A stretch of 64,000 nt of DNA from Acidimicrobiales bacterium. GTDB lineage: Bacteria > Actinomycetota > Acidimicrobiia > Acidimicrobiales > CATQHL01. How positions within the stretch are numbered: position 1 is the first letter of the stretch; the number at the start of each line of letters is the position of its first letter. The position numbers were made by a program, and so were the translations under genes. Shown piece after piece: positions 8,834-18,925 of this stretch. The notes below the pieces were generated by a model that made no database searches, was not told the DNA's origin, and worked only from the letters and a program-made list of their open reading frames with translations. Location of the stretch: contig CBDBQD010000001.1 in the NCBI GenBank assembly GCA_965209115.1, positions 1,274,483 through 1,338,482 of the forward strand, in the 5' to 3' direction.

Positions 8834-11221
8834 TTACGGCCCCAGGTCGTGGATGGGGAAGCCGGTGTTGTCGTAGTACTGGTCGACGTTGTCGCGGTTG
8901 ACCCAGACGTGGTCGATGTGGATCTCCTGTGGCACGGCGCGCCCGTCGAGGATGTCGATGAGCGCGGCGACGGCGTACACGCCGTAGAGCTCGGGGAAGT
9001 ACGCCACCGAACCGAGGTAGCGGGTCTCCGAGGCGGGGCCCTCGTGCAGGCGTTCGATGCCGTTGGGTTCGGCGCCGTGGCCGGCGGCCACGCCGCTGCG
9101 CCCGGCCTGCTCCATGGCCCGGCTCATGGGCACCGCCACGACGTCGTCGAGGCTCGTCGCCAGGACGTGCTCGGCGCCGGGGTTGCCGGTCAACCAGTCG
9201 GTGGTGGACTGCAGGCCGTTCTCCGGGGAGCCGTCCACGTCGATGCGGTCCACGGGCACGTCGCCGCCGCACACGGCCTGCACGCCGTCGGCGAAACCGC
9301 TGGTGCGCAGATCCGGCGCCTCGCCGGCGGTCAGGTTCTGCGCCAACAGCACGTGCACGCCATCGCAGTTCCACGTGTCCAACGCGTACAAACCGGTGTT
9401 GATGCCCGCCAAAGCGCCGGACACGTAGTTGTTGGCGCCGAAGAAGATGGCGTTCGGATGCCACACGTCGATGGTCACCACCGGGATGCCCGCCGCGTCG
9501 AACACCGCCATCGAGGAATCCGCCGCCTCGCTGCGCCAGTTCCCGAACACCACCGCGTCCGGGTCGGTCTCCGCGACGGTCTCCGCGCACGCCAGGGCCT
9601 TCTCCGGGTCGAACTCGCTGTCACAGATCGCGCCGATGCTGACCCCCGAGGCCGCCGCGGTGCTGCGGATCGAGTCCTCGATGTACTGGGAGAACTCCAA
9701 AGCCGCCCAACCCGACACCCAGGCGATCTCATAATCCTGGGACGCCGAGCGGATCGACGGATCAAACGGCGGCGCCGGACTGTCACCCGCCGAGAACGTC
9801 GCCGTGTCGAAGTCATAGGTCCACGGGAACACCTCATCAGGCGGCAACGCGCCCAGAATCCCCCCAGCAGGACCCGGCATCGCATACCCCGTGCCGCCCA
9901 CAGTCAACGTGAACGGACCACCCGGCGCATCCGACGGACCACCCGCCGGCGCGCTGGGGCCGAGGGTGTGGATGGGGAAGCCGGTGTTGTCGTAGTACTG
10001 GTCGACGTTGTCGCGGTTGACCCAGACGTGGTCGATGTGGATCTCCTGTGGCACGGCGCGCCCGTCGAGGATGTCGATGAGCGCGGCGACGGCGTACACG
10101 CCGTAGAGCTCGGGGAAGTACGCCACCGAACCGAGGTAGCGGGTCTCCGAGGCGGGGCCCTCGTGCAGGCGTTCGATGCCGTTGGGTTCGGCGCCGTGGC
10201 CGGCGGCCACGCCGCTGCGCCCGGCCTGCTCCATGGCCCGGCTCATGGGCACCGCCACGACGTCGTCGAGGCTCGTCGCCAGGACGTGCTCGGCGCCGGG
10301 GTTGCCGGTCAACCAGTCGGTGGTGGACTGCAGGCCGTTCTCCGGGGAGCCGTCCACGTCGATGCGGTCCACGGGCACGTCGCCGCCGCACACGGCCTGC
10401 ACGCCGTCGGCGAAACCGCTGGTGCGCAGATCCGGCGCCTCGCCGGCGGTCAGGTTCTGCGCCAACAGCACGTGCACGCCATCGCAGTTCCACGTGTCCA
10501 ACGCGTACAAACCGGTGTTGATGCCCGCCAAAGCGCCGGACACGTAGTTGTTGGCGCCGAAGAAGATGGCGTTCGGATGCCACACGTCGATGGTCACCAC
10601 CGGGATGCCCGCCGCGTCGAACACCGCCATCGAGGAATCCGCCGCCTCGCTGCGCCAGTTCCCGAACACCACCGCGTCCGGGTCGGTCTCCGCGACGGTC
10701 TCCGCGCACGCCAGGGCCTTCTCCGGGTCGAACTCGCTGTCACAGATCGCGCCGATGCTGACCCCCGAGGCCGCCGCGGTGCTGCGGATCGAGTCCTCGA
10801 TGTACTGGGAGAACTCCAAAGCCGCCCAACCCGACACCCAGGCGATCTCATAATCCTGGGACGCCGAGCGGATCGACGGATCAAACGGCGGCGCCGGACT
10901 GTCACCCGCCGAGAACGTCGCCGTGTCGAAGTCATAGGTCCACGGGAACACCTCATCAGGCGGCAACGCGCCCAGAATCCCCCCAGCAGGACCCGGCATC
11001 GCATACCCCGTGCCGCCCACAGTCAACGTGAACGGACCACCCGGCGCATCCGACGGACCACCCGCCTCAGCCGGCGGCGCAGGCGGTGCCTCCGGCTCCT
11101 CAGCCGGCGGAGGCGGAGGCGTGGTCACCCCTCCGTCGTCCTCGTCGCCGCCGCACGCGGCGGCGACGAGAGCCACTGCCAGCGCAACGGCGAATGGTCG
11201 CAAGAGCTTGCGGAGCATCAT
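8834..11221 (-). CDS. sugar ABC substrate-binding lipoprotein with two tandem identical binding domains
   Basis: Lipobox VAAAC, Pro-rich linker, two copies of an RbsB-like domain. Confidence 0.88.
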   Translation of the reverse strand: MMLRKLLRPFAVALAVALVAAACGGDEDDGGVTTPPPPPAEEPEAPPAPPAEAGGPSDAPGGPFTLTVGGTGYAMPGPAGGILGALPPDEVFPWTYDFDTATFSAGDSPAPPFDPSIRSASQDYEIAWVSGWAALEFSQYIEDSIRSTAAASGVSIGAICDSEFDPEKALACAETVAETDPDAVVFGNWRSEAADSSMAVFDAAGIPVVTIDVWHPNAIFFGANNYVSGALAGINTGLYALDTWNCDGVHVLLAQNLTAGEAPDLRTSGFADGVQAVCGGDVPVDRIDVDGSPENGLQSTTDWLTGNPGAEHVLATSLDDVVAVPMSRAMEQAGRSGVAAGHGAEPNGIERLHEGPASETRYLGSVAYFPELYGVYAVAALIDILDGRAVPQEIHIDHVWVNRDNVDQYYDNTGFPIHTLGPSAPAGGPSDAPGGPFTLTVGGTGYAMPGPAGGILGALPPDEVFPWTYDFDTATFSAGDSPAPPFDPSIRSASQDYEIAWVSGWAALEFSQYIEDSIRSTAAASGVSIGAICDSEFDPEKALACAETVAETDPDAVVFGNWRSEAADSSMAVFDAAGIPVVTIDVWHPNAIFFGANNYVSGALAGINTGLYALDTWNCDGVHVLLAQNLTAGEAPDLRTSGFADGVQAVCGGDVPVDRIDVDGSPENGLQSTTDWLTGNPGAEHVLATSLDDVVAVPMSRAMEQAGRSGVAAGHGAEPNGIERLHEGPASETRYLGSVAYFPELYGVYAVAALIDILDGRAVPQEIHIDHVWVNRDNVDQYYDNTGFPIHDLGP
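8849..11066. repeat. 1099-bp direct repeat (8849-9947 and 9968-11066; period 1119 bp)
   Basis: Copies look nucleotide-identical on inspection; the shadow ORFs in the track are also duplicated at an offset of 1119. Confidence 0.92.
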
Positions 11222-11468
11222 TGGTACTCTCCTTTGTCCTCGGTGCGTTGGGGAAGCTGCGAGACGCCGACGTAGAACAGCCGCACCGCTCGGCGCGGAA
11301 CCAGGCTCTCCTTCCCCTCGTAAGGAACAGCGCGGATGAGATCCCCGCTGATCCGAGCGGCCACTCTAGTGCTGCCGCGCCTTCATGGTCTACTTATCTG
11401 CTCGCGCTCGCTCTACGAGTCGTCCCTCCGAGGGCGCGTCGCGAGCGCACGGCGTAGAGTGCCGCGCC

Positions 11469-12593
11469 ATGCGCATCAACTCCGTCGAAGCATTCCCGCT
11501 GCACTATCCCGAGCCCCACGACAGCAACAAGAGTCGCTACGTCACCATCGCCAAGGTCACGGACGCCGACGGCGCTGTTGGATGGGGGGAGTGCATCGCA
11601 CAGTTCCCCGAGGCCGCCCTGGCCACGAAGGTCGTCGTGGAGGAGGGATTCGCCCCGCTGCTGATCGGGGAGGACGCCCGTGACGTGGAGCGCCTCTGGC
11701 AGGCCATGCGCGACCGCAGTTGGTGGTACGGCAACGGCGGCATCGCCAGCTTCGCCATCAGCGCCGTGGACATGGCCCTCTGGGACCTGAAGGGGCGGAT
11801 CCTGGACGTGCCGGTCTACGAACTGCTCGGCGGGAAGCGGATGGATCGGATGCGGGCCTGCGCCAGCGTCATATTCGACACCGAGGACCTCGACGCCACC
11901 GGCGAGGAGTTCGCCGACTACGCGTCGCGCGGCTACACGGCCGTCAAGGGGGGCTGGGGGAAGAGCCCCGAGACGTGCTTCGGGCGAGACCCCAAGCGCG
12001 ATCTGGCCGTGGTGTCGACCATCCGCGACGCCGTCGGCCCCGACATCGACGTGATCGTCGACGTGGGCACGCACGTGCGCTGGACGCCGTCACACGCCAT
12101 CGCCATGGCGCGGGCCTTCGAGCCGTACAACCTGTACTGGATCGAGGAGCCGCTGCCGCAGGACGATATCCAGGGCTACATCCGCCTCCGCGAGTCGATC
12201 CGCACGCCGGTCGCCACCGGGGAGAAGGAATGGACGCTGCGGGCCTTCAAGGAGCTCATTGAACTGGGAGCGGCCGACATCGTCATGCCCGATCCCGGCA
12301 AGGCCGAGGGCGTCACCGGCTTCAAGAAGATTGTGGAGTTCGCCGACGCCCACAGCGTGCGCTTCACGCCCCACTCCTGGTCGAGCGCCATCAACACGGC
12401 GGCAGCGGCGAACCTCTACGCCAGTTCCGACAACGGCGTGGTCTTCGAACTCAAGCCCAACCCCTCACCGATGCAGTATGAGTTGGTGACCGAGCCCATC
12501 GAGCAGGAAGGCGGCTGGGTGCCCATCCCGGAGGGGCCGGGGTGGGGCCTCACGATCAACCACGAGGTGATCGACCGCTACCTGATGCGGTAG
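11469..12593 (+). CDS. mandelate racemase/muconate lactonizing enzyme family (probable sugar-acid dehydratase)
   Basis: SAVDMALWDLKG, WIEEPL, ATGEKE, PHSW. Confidence 0.92.
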   Translation: MRINSVEAFPLHYPEPHDSNKSRYVTIAKVTDADGAVGWGECIAQFPEAALATKVVVEEGFAPLLIGEDARDVERLWQAMRDRSWWYGNGGIASFAISAVDMALWDLKGRILDVPVYELLGGKRMDRMRACASVIFDTEDLDATGEEFADYASRGYTAVKGGWGKSPETCFGRDPKRDLAVVSTIRDAVGPDIDVIVDVGTHVRWTPSHAIAMARAFEPYNLYWIEEPLPQDDIQGYIRLRESIRTPVATGEKEWTLRAFKELIELGAADIVMPDPGKAEGVTGFKKIVEFADAHSVRFTPHSWSSAINTAAAANLYASSDNGVVFELKPNPSPMQYELVTEPIEQEGGWVPIPEGPGWGLTINHEVIDRYLMR

Positions 12594-12732
12594 CACCGGT
12601 GCCCCGCCCCTCGGGGGTCTCGTGACGACCGGTCGGGGGCGGCGGTGGCCGTCGTCGGGATCGTCGGGCGAAATCGCTCCGCCGGCCAGCCCCCGGCGCC
12701 CCCTCCCTCGGGGGTTGGCGCAGGCCGGGCGG

Positions 12733-13815
12733 CTACGGGTCGGTGGGGGCGACGTGGTGCCGTGCGCCGTCGGCGGCTGAGGCGTAGGCGGCCTCCAGCA
12801 TGGCGACGACGCGGGCGCCGAGACGGCCCGGCGAGCGGTTCGGACCTCCTGCGATGACCTCCACCAGATTGTCGAGCGGACCCTCCTCGGGGTAGCTCGT
12901 GGAGTAGTCCCGGCCCGCGGGCGCCGGCGGGCACGGGGGGCTCTCGGTGACCGAGCCGTCGGCCCGGTACATCATGAGTTGCTCGTTCATGACGTCGAAG
13001 AGGATGTGGCCGCCGGTGCCGTAGAGCCGGTACTCCAGCACCTCCTCCTGGGTCCGCACCGTCGATCCCGTGGAGCCGATGGTTCCCAGGCAGCCGCCCT
13101 CGAAGCGCACGCTGAGGGCGTCGACGAGGTCCACGCGCAGGTCGTGGTTGTGCATGTGGGCGAACACCGTGGCCGGTTCGAGGCCGGTCATGTGCAGCAG
13201 CAGGGCGCCGGAGTGCGTGATCTGGGTGACCCCCTGCCCGCCGCCGGACAGCGCCGGATCGCCGTACGTGTCGCGCCCGGTGGGATTGACCGTGTAGCCC
13301 ATCTCGTCGGCGACCAACTCGATATCGCCCCGGTACAACTCCCAGACGATGGATGCGAACAGTGAGTGGACGTACAGAAGGTCCCCGATGGCTCCCGAGG
13401 CGATCCAGTCGCGTGCCCGGTTGACCTGCTCGTTGTAGTGCCACGGGTAGCCCACGATGATCTGGCGGCCGTGCCCGGCTGCGGTACGCAGCAACTCCCG
13501 GGCGTGACCGCTCGTCAGAACCATCGGCTTTTCCAACAGGACGTGCAGATCACGGCGCAGGGCGTCGCGGGCGATCTCGAAGTGCCGGGTGTGAGGCACG
13601 GCCACGACCACGCCGTCGAGTTGTTCGGCCTCCAGCATCTCGCTGTAGTCCGCGTACGTTGCCGGCGGAGCGAAGACGGCCGCCGCCCGGGTTCGATTCG
13701 CCTCGTCGGGGTCGGCGATGGCAACCAACTCGGCCTCGGGGTTCGCGGCGATGGCGGGGAGGTGCGCGCGCGTCGCCCACCACCCGGTCCCGATGACTCC
13801 GATGCGTGCGGTCAT
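12733..13815 (-). CDS. Gfo/Idh/MocA family oxidoreductase
   Basis: IGVIGTGWWA, VLLEKPM. Confidence 0.9.
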   Translation of the reverse strand: MTARIGVIGTGWWATRAHLPAIAANPEAELVAIADPDEANRTRAAAVFAPPATYADYSEMLEAEQLDGVVVAVPHTRHFEIARDALRRDLHVLLEKPMVLTSGHARELLRTAAGHGRQIIVGYPWHYNEQVNRARDWIASGAIGDLLYVHSLFASIVWELYRGDIELVADEMGYTVNPTGRDTYGDPALSGGGQGVTQITHSGALLLHMTGLEPATVFAHMHNHDLRVDLVDALSVRFEGGCLGTIGSTGSTVRTQEEVLEYRLYGTGGHILFDVMNEQLMMYRADGSVTESPPCPPAPAGRDYSTSYPEEGPLDNLVEVIAGGPNRSPGRLGARVVAMLEAAYASAADGARHHVAPTDP

Positions 13816-13851
13816 GGCCGTTCTCCTTCGGTCAGCAGCGGTCGGCGCCTC

Positions 13852-15108
13852 TCAGCCGTGCGGGCCGGCGACGACTCCGGCGTCGTGCAGCCGGCCGATC
13901 TCGGTGTCCGAAAGTCCGAGGAACTCGGCCAGGACCTCGTCGGTGTGCTGGCCCAGACGGGGTGCGGGAGCCGGGTCATCGAGCGCCAGTCCACCGAACC
14001 GCAGCGGCGAGCGGGCTTCCAGGACGGTGCCCACGCCCGGATGGTCCACAGGCGCGAACAGCGGGTTGGCGACCGAGCAGCGGGGATCGTCCGCCACGAG
14101 TTCGCCGAAGGTCCGGTAGGGGCCCCAGCAGACGCCGTGACGGTCGAAGGCATCTGCCACCTCGGCGAATGTCAAGCCGGCGCACCAATCCTCGACCGCC
14201 TCGAAGATGCGCCGGCGGGCCTGGAATCGGTCACCCTCCGAACGGGCGAGGTCCAGGCCTGTCTCCGCTTCCAGGTCGGCCATTGCGCCGGCCATCTCGC
14301 ACGCGGCGCACAGCGCCTGCCACTGCTTCGGGCTGATCGCCACGGCGATCACCCGCCGGCCGTCGGAACAGCGGAAGTCCCGGCCGAGGGCGCCGTAGAG
14401 GTCGTTCCCGATCCGAGGACGCTCAGTGCCCAGGATCTGCGCCTCGGCCACGTGTCCGAGGGCCGTGACCACCCCGAGCGCCACGTCCGACAGGGCCAGC
14501 GTGACGAGCCGTCCCTCACCGTTGCGGCTGCGGCGGCGCTCGGCGGCCAGCAGTCCCACGGCGGCGGTCTGACCGCAGATGACGTCCCAGGCCGGCAGGA
14601 CGTGATTCACCGGCCGGTGCTCGTCGTGGCCGACGATGTCGCCGTCGGGTCCACTCGCTACGTGTCCTGTCACCATGGGATAGCCCATGGCGCAGTTCAC
14701 CGTGTAGTCCACTGCGGTGGTGCCGTCGTGGTTGCCGATGATCGCGAGCATGATGAGATCCTCGCGGCGCGCCCGGAGCGCCTCGTAGCCCATCCAGCCC
14801 GCGGCCGGGAAATTGGTGAGGAAGATGCCCCCGTCGGCGCCGGGCGCGCAGATCAACTCGCTGAGCACCTCGCGCCCGGCCTCGGAGCGCACGTCGACCT
14901 GCAGCGATCGCTTGCCCTTGTTGAGCCCGGCCCAGTAGAGGCTGGTCCCGTCAGCGGTCAGCGGCCAGCGGTGGTGATCGATACCGCCTCCGATGGGGTC
15001 GAAGCGGATCACGTCGGCTCCAAGTTGAGCGAGAGTCATGCCCCCGGAGGGCGCGGCCACGAACGCGGACCCTTCCACCACCCGCAGACCGTCGAGAACG
15101 TTTTGCAC
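13852..15108 (-). CDS. mct: family III CoA transferase, mesaconyl-CoA C1-C4 transferase (2-methylfumaryl-CoA isomerase)-like
   Basis: EGSAFVAAPSGGMTLAQLGADVIRFDPIGGG, WAGLNKGKRS, AVDYTVN; GGGAGG RBS before the GTG at 15108. Confidence 0.8.
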   Translation of the reverse strand: MQNVLDGLRVVEGSAFVAAPSGGMTLAQLGADVIRFDPIGGGIDHHRWPLTADGTSLYWAGLNKGKRSLQVDVRSEAGREVLSELICAPGADGGIFLTNFPAAGWMGYEALRARREDLIMLAIIGNHDGTTAVDYTVNCAMGYPMVTGHVASGPDGDIVGHDEHRPVNHVLPAWDVICGQTAAVGLLAAERRRSRNGEGRLVTLALSDVALGVVTALGHVAEAQILGTERPRIGNDLYGALGRDFRCSDGRRVIAVAISPKQWQALCAACEMAGAMADLEAETGLDLARSEGDRFQARRRIFEAVEDWCAGLTFAEVADAFDRHGVCWGPYRTFGELVADDPRCSVANPLFAPVDHPGVGTVLEARSPLRFGGLALDDPAPAPRLGQHTDEVLAEFLGLSDTEIGRLHDAGVVAGPHG

Positions 15109-15182
15109 CCGCGCCACCTCCCTCGCTTCCGGTTGGGGGCATTGTGCCACCGCCTTGGGCGCCGCGGCGCCCCCGGACCGGC

Positions 15183-16265
15183 TCAGCCGGGAAGGTTCAG
15201 GGCGGCGAACGAATCGAGGTCGTCCACCGCGGCTGTCGCTCGGGCGAGCCACGCGTCGGTGGCATCGCGCGGCGCGGCGCCGATGGCGAGCGTCACGATC
15301 GTGGCCTCCAGCGCGTAGGCGGCGTGGCGGCGGTACGCGTCGCGCGCTTCTTCCGCGTCGAGGTCGGGCCCCCCGGCGGCGTGCAGGCGACGGCGGTAGC
15401 GGTCCAGCAGGAGGTCTTCCCCGGAGCGGCGGTCGTCGGGATCGAGCGCCAGCGTGCAGAAGTAGGCCACGTCGCGTGCCCACTGGCCGGCGCGGACCAT
15501 CTGCCAGTCCAGGAAGAGCGGCTGATCCTCCTCGCCGAAGGCCAGGTTGCCGATATGGCAGTCGTTGTGAATCAGGGTGTGCGGTGTCCCCGTGAGTTGT
15601 CTGTCGGCGATCCCGTGGTTCCGGGCGTAGCGCAGAGCGCCCGCGGCTACCGACCGGGGGACCTGGTCGCCGGCGAGTTCCAGGCCGCGGCGGGTGAGCG
15701 GGAGCCGCAGCCACGTCCCGAGGGAGCGCTCGCGGTCGACCTGCGCGAGGAGCCAGCCCCCGGCCCTCCCTCGTTCCGGTCGGCCCCATCCGTACGCATG
15801 CAGATCGGCGAGGGCATCGATCACCGCCAGAGCCTGGCGGGCGGTGCAGGCCTCGGTGGGGGCCGGTAGACGGTCGGTGCCCGTCAGGTCCTCCAGGACG
15901 AGCATGAAGCGGGTGCCGTCGTGGCGGGCGTGCAGACACTCCGGCACCCGGACCGGGACGCTCTGCGCCAGTGTCCGGTAGAAGCGGACTTCGCTCGCGG
16001 TGAGCCCGGCCGCCTCGACCAGCAGGCGCGTCGCAGGGTGGCGGGACGGCGTCTTGACGAAGACCGAGCGCCGGTCGCCGCAGGCCAGATGGACGACGGC
16101 GCGGCGGTGATGCGTGGTGTGGGAACCCTCATCGAGGGAGTCGACCCGGCGGACGGTGCCCAGCGATGCGTGCAGCGCCCGGCGGAGACGCGCCTCGATC
16201 GGATCGCTCGATCCGAGCGCGATGTCGGCGGCCACGCGAGCGACGGTGGCCGGCACCTCCCTCAT
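15183..16265 (-). CDS. phosphotransferase (APH/ecdysteroid kinase-like)
   Basis: EVRFY, TLIHNDCHIGN, FLDWQ. Confidence 0.85.
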   Translation of the reverse strand: MREVPATVARVAADIALGSSDPIEARLRRALHASLGTVRRVDSLDEGSHTTHHRRAVVHLACGDRRSVFVKTPSRHPATRLLVEAAGLTASEVRFYRTLAQSVPVRVPECLHARHDGTRFMLVLEDLTGTDRLPAPTEACTARQALAVIDALADLHAYGWGRPERGRAGGWLLAQVDRERSLGTWLRLPLTRRGLELAGDQVPRSVAAGALRYARNHGIADRQLTGTPHTLIHNDCHIGNLAFGEEDQPLFLDWQMVRAGQWARDVAYFCTLALDPDDRRSGEDLLLDRYRRRLHAAGGPDLDAEEARDAYRRHAAYALEATIVTLAIGAAPRDATDAWLARATAAVDDLDSFAALNLPG

Positions 16266-16272
16266 GGCGGCT

Positions 16273-17730
16273 TCAGCGCACCCTGCGCCAGATCGTCCCC
16301 GACGGAGTGTCCTCGAGCTCGATCCCACCTTCGGCCAGTTCGGCCCGGATCCGGTCGGCGGTGGCGAAGTCCCGGGCACGCCGCGCCTCGTCCCGCTCGT
16401 CGACGCGTCCTTGCACCGCCGCGTCCGGCAGCGGTCCCTGGCTCGCCTCGGCTCCAGTTGAGCCCGCGAGACCCAAGTTGACCGTTCCCGCCGCAACTGC
16501 AGGCGCGGGACCCAAGCGCAGGCCAAGGGCGCCGGCTAGGTCGCGCACGGTGTCCAGCGCCGCTGCCGCAGCCTCGGTCTCGTCGCGGTCCAGGGCGACG
16601 TTCCCGCGGCGCAGCAGATCGAAGATGGTGCCGACAGCCCCAGGAGTGCCCATGTCGTTGTCCATGGCTTCGACGAAGGCGGTCCGGGCCGCATCGGTGG
16701 CGGGGGTTTGCTCCACCTCGCTGACTCCGCCGAGTGCGCCGACGCGCCGTGCGAAGGCGTCGAGCCGGCTGATGCCGGCGGCGGCGCCTTCCAGGACTGC
16801 CTCGTCGATCTCCATCGTGGAGCGGTAGTGGGCCTGCAGCATCGCCAGGCGGAGCGTCCGCGGGTCGTGGAGAGCCAGCACGTCGGCCAGCGTGCGGAAG
16901 TTCCCGGTCGACTTGGCCATCTTCTCGCCGGCGACGTTGACCATCGCCGAGTGCATCCATAGCCGGGCGAACCGGTGTCCTGCAGCCTCGGCCTCGGCTC
17001 GCTCGTTCTCGTGGTGCGGGAAGATCAGGTCCGATCCGCCGCCGTGGATGTCGAAGCCGTCGCCGAGTATCCCCAGCGACATCGCCACGCACTCGATGTG
17101 CCAGCCCGGCCGACCGCGCATCCACGGGGCGTCCCAGGCGGGTTCGCCGGGCTTCGCAGACTTCCAGAGGGCGAAGTCCAACGGGTCGCGCTTGCGCTCG
17201 TCCACCGCTACCCGGGCGCCCGCACTCTCCCGCAGCTCTCCTGGGTCTCGCCCCGGTAGGCGTCCGTAGTCGGCGTACCGCGCCACGTCGAAGTAGACGC
17301 CTGCCCCGTCGATCACGTAGGCGGCGTCCCGGGCCAGCAGGCGCTCCACGAAGGACACCATCTGGGGCACGTACTCGGTGGCCCGCGGCCGGGCGCTCGG
17401 CTCCGCCACACCGAGCACGCCGAGCTCGCGGATGTAGACATCACTGAAGCGGGCGGACACCTCCTGCTCGGTGCTTTCCTCGGCCGCAGCCCGCTCGATG
17501 ATCTTGTCGTCCACATCGGTGATGTTGCTCACCACCGTGACGTCCAAGCCCCGCCAGGCGAGGTAGCGGCACAGCACGTCGTAGGTGACCGCCGTACGGG
17601 CGTGGCCCAGATGCGGCACGTCGTAGACCGTCGGGCCGCACACGTACATCGAGACCTTCCCCGGGGCGCGGGGGCGCAGTTCGACGACCTCGCGGCTGAG
17701 CGAGTCGTACAGGCGAATCACCCCGCTCAC
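16273..17730 (-). CDS. cysS: cysteine--tRNA ligase
   Basis: YVCGPTVY, HLGH (HIGH motif), GRPGWHIEC, KMAKS (KMSKS motif). Confidence 0.97.
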   Translation of the reverse strand: MSGVIRLYDSLSREVVELRPRAPGKVSMYVCGPTVYDVPHLGHARTAVTYDVLCRYLAWRGLDVTVVSNITDVDDKIIERAAAEESTEQEVSARFSDVYIRELGVLGVAEPSARPRATEYVPQMVSFVERLLARDAAYVIDGAGVYFDVARYADYGRLPGRDPGELRESAGARVAVDERKRDPLDFALWKSAKPGEPAWDAPWMRGRPGWHIECVAMSLGILGDGFDIHGGGSDLIFPHHENERAEAEAAGHRFARLWMHSAMVNVAGEKMAKSTGNFRTLADVLALHDPRTLRLAMLQAHYRSTMEIDEAVLEGAAAGISRLDAFARRVGALGGVSEVEQTPATDAARTAFVEAMDNDMGTPGAVGTIFDLLRRGNVALDRDETEAAAAALDTVRDLAGALGLRLGPAPAVAAGTVNLGLAGSTGAEASQGPLPDAAVQGRVDERDEARRARDFATADRIRAELAEGGIELEDTPSGTIWRRVR

Positions 17731-17819
17731 GGTACCGGCACGCCGCCTCGCCTGTCCCCGGGATTCTCTGTCATCAGCGAGATGCCGTGGGCGCGACCGC
17801 GCCGGTGCCCGGACGCCAG

Positions 17820-18560
17820 TCAGACCTCGTAGCGCCGGTCCACCTCGACGAGTTCAACCGGGGCGCCGAACGCCCCGGTGGCCTCGCGCCCGAAGGCCGG
17901 AGCGTCGGATCCCGGCGCGAGGTGGGTGAGCAGGAGCCGTTTCACGCCGGCCTTGGCGGCCATGGCCCCCGCCTGCAGGGCGCTCAGGTGCGGTGAGGGC
18001 GGGACGAGGTCCCGGTGCAGGTACGTCGCTTCGCAGAGGCCCAGGTCGATCCCCCCGCCGAGACTGGCGAAGGACCAGCCCACGCCGGTGTCGGCGGAGA
18101 AGGCGAAGGTGCGCCCGCCGCTGTCCACCCGGGGGGCGAGGGTCTCCACGGGATGGTCGGTGCGGGAGAACCGCCACTGCTGGTCGCCGATGGTGGTGCT
18201 GTCGCGGTCGCTGATGACGTGCCAGTCGATCGTGGGCGCCAAGCCGTGCGCTCCGGCCAGAGCCTGCGCCAGCGCCCGGGTCCCGGCGGTGCCGTAGACG
18301 GGCATCGGTGCCCGGTCGAGGAAGTAGCGGCAGGCGATGTAGGCCATCGCCAGGTCGAGCCAGTGATCGGGGTGCTCGTGGGTGATGACTATGGCGTCGA
18401 TCTCCTCCAGCGTGCGATGGCGCTGGAGATTGGCCAGGGTCCCGGGTCCGGCGTCCAGCCACACCCGGGTCGTGTCCGACTCCACCAGATAGCCCGTGCA
18501 GGCCAGGCCCGGAGCGCTGTAGGAGCCCGAGCAGCCCAGGACGGTGATGCTCAGTCCCAT
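17820..18560 (-). CDS. MBL-fold metallo-hydrolase (RNase Z/AtsA-like)
   Basis: TVLGCSGS, THEHPDH, SADTG, LLLTH. Confidence 0.9.
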   Translation of the reverse strand: MGLSITVLGCSGSYSAPGLACTGYLVESDTTRVWLDAGPGTLANLQRHRTLEEIDAIVITHEHPDHWLDLAMAYIACRYFLDRAPMPVYGTAGTRALAQALAGAHGLAPTIDWHVISDRDSTTIGDQQWRFSRTDHPVETLAPRVDSGGRTFAFSADTGVGWSFASLGGGIDLGLCEATYLHRDLVPPSPHLSALQAGAMAAKAGVKRLLLTHLAPGSDAPAFGREATGAFGAPVELVEVDRRYEV

Positions 18561-18709
18561 GGACCTGCTCTCGGCGTCACGAGGTGCCGGTACCGGATCT
18601 CCACAGGCAGGTCACGGTATCGGCATCGCGGCCCGGGGCATCCCGTTGCGGACCGATGTCACGCCCGCGCCGCCGAGGTGGTCGAGTTCCTGCTGAGCGA
18701 GCGGGCCTC

Positions 18710-18925
18710 CTACGTCACCGCCGAGATCTGCTTGGCGGCCGTCTCGAATTCCGAGTGGCCCTTCCCCGGCTGGCAGAGGGGCGGGTCGAACAGCACGAGC
18801 GCCGAGTACCCGCTGCCTCTCGCCGGCGAGACCAGAGCCACCAGAGCCGAGACCGAGTGGAAGACACCGGCCTTCGGCTTGCGCCCGAAGCGGTCGTCGA
18901 TCGCCTCCAGGATGCTGTCGTGGTC
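18710..18925 (-). pseudogene. alpha/beta-hydrolase fragment (possibly supD/E-like)
   Basis: My translation of the minus strand: DHDSILEAIDDRFGRKPKAGVFHSVSALVAL...ALVLFDPPLC; no start codon; abuts the KS fragment. Confidence 0.5.

Noticed and set aside
16430-16520. Extra segment in the CysS C-terminal region as an intein or mobile insert
   Set aside because: Short Ala/Gly-rich linker with no intein or terminal-repeat features
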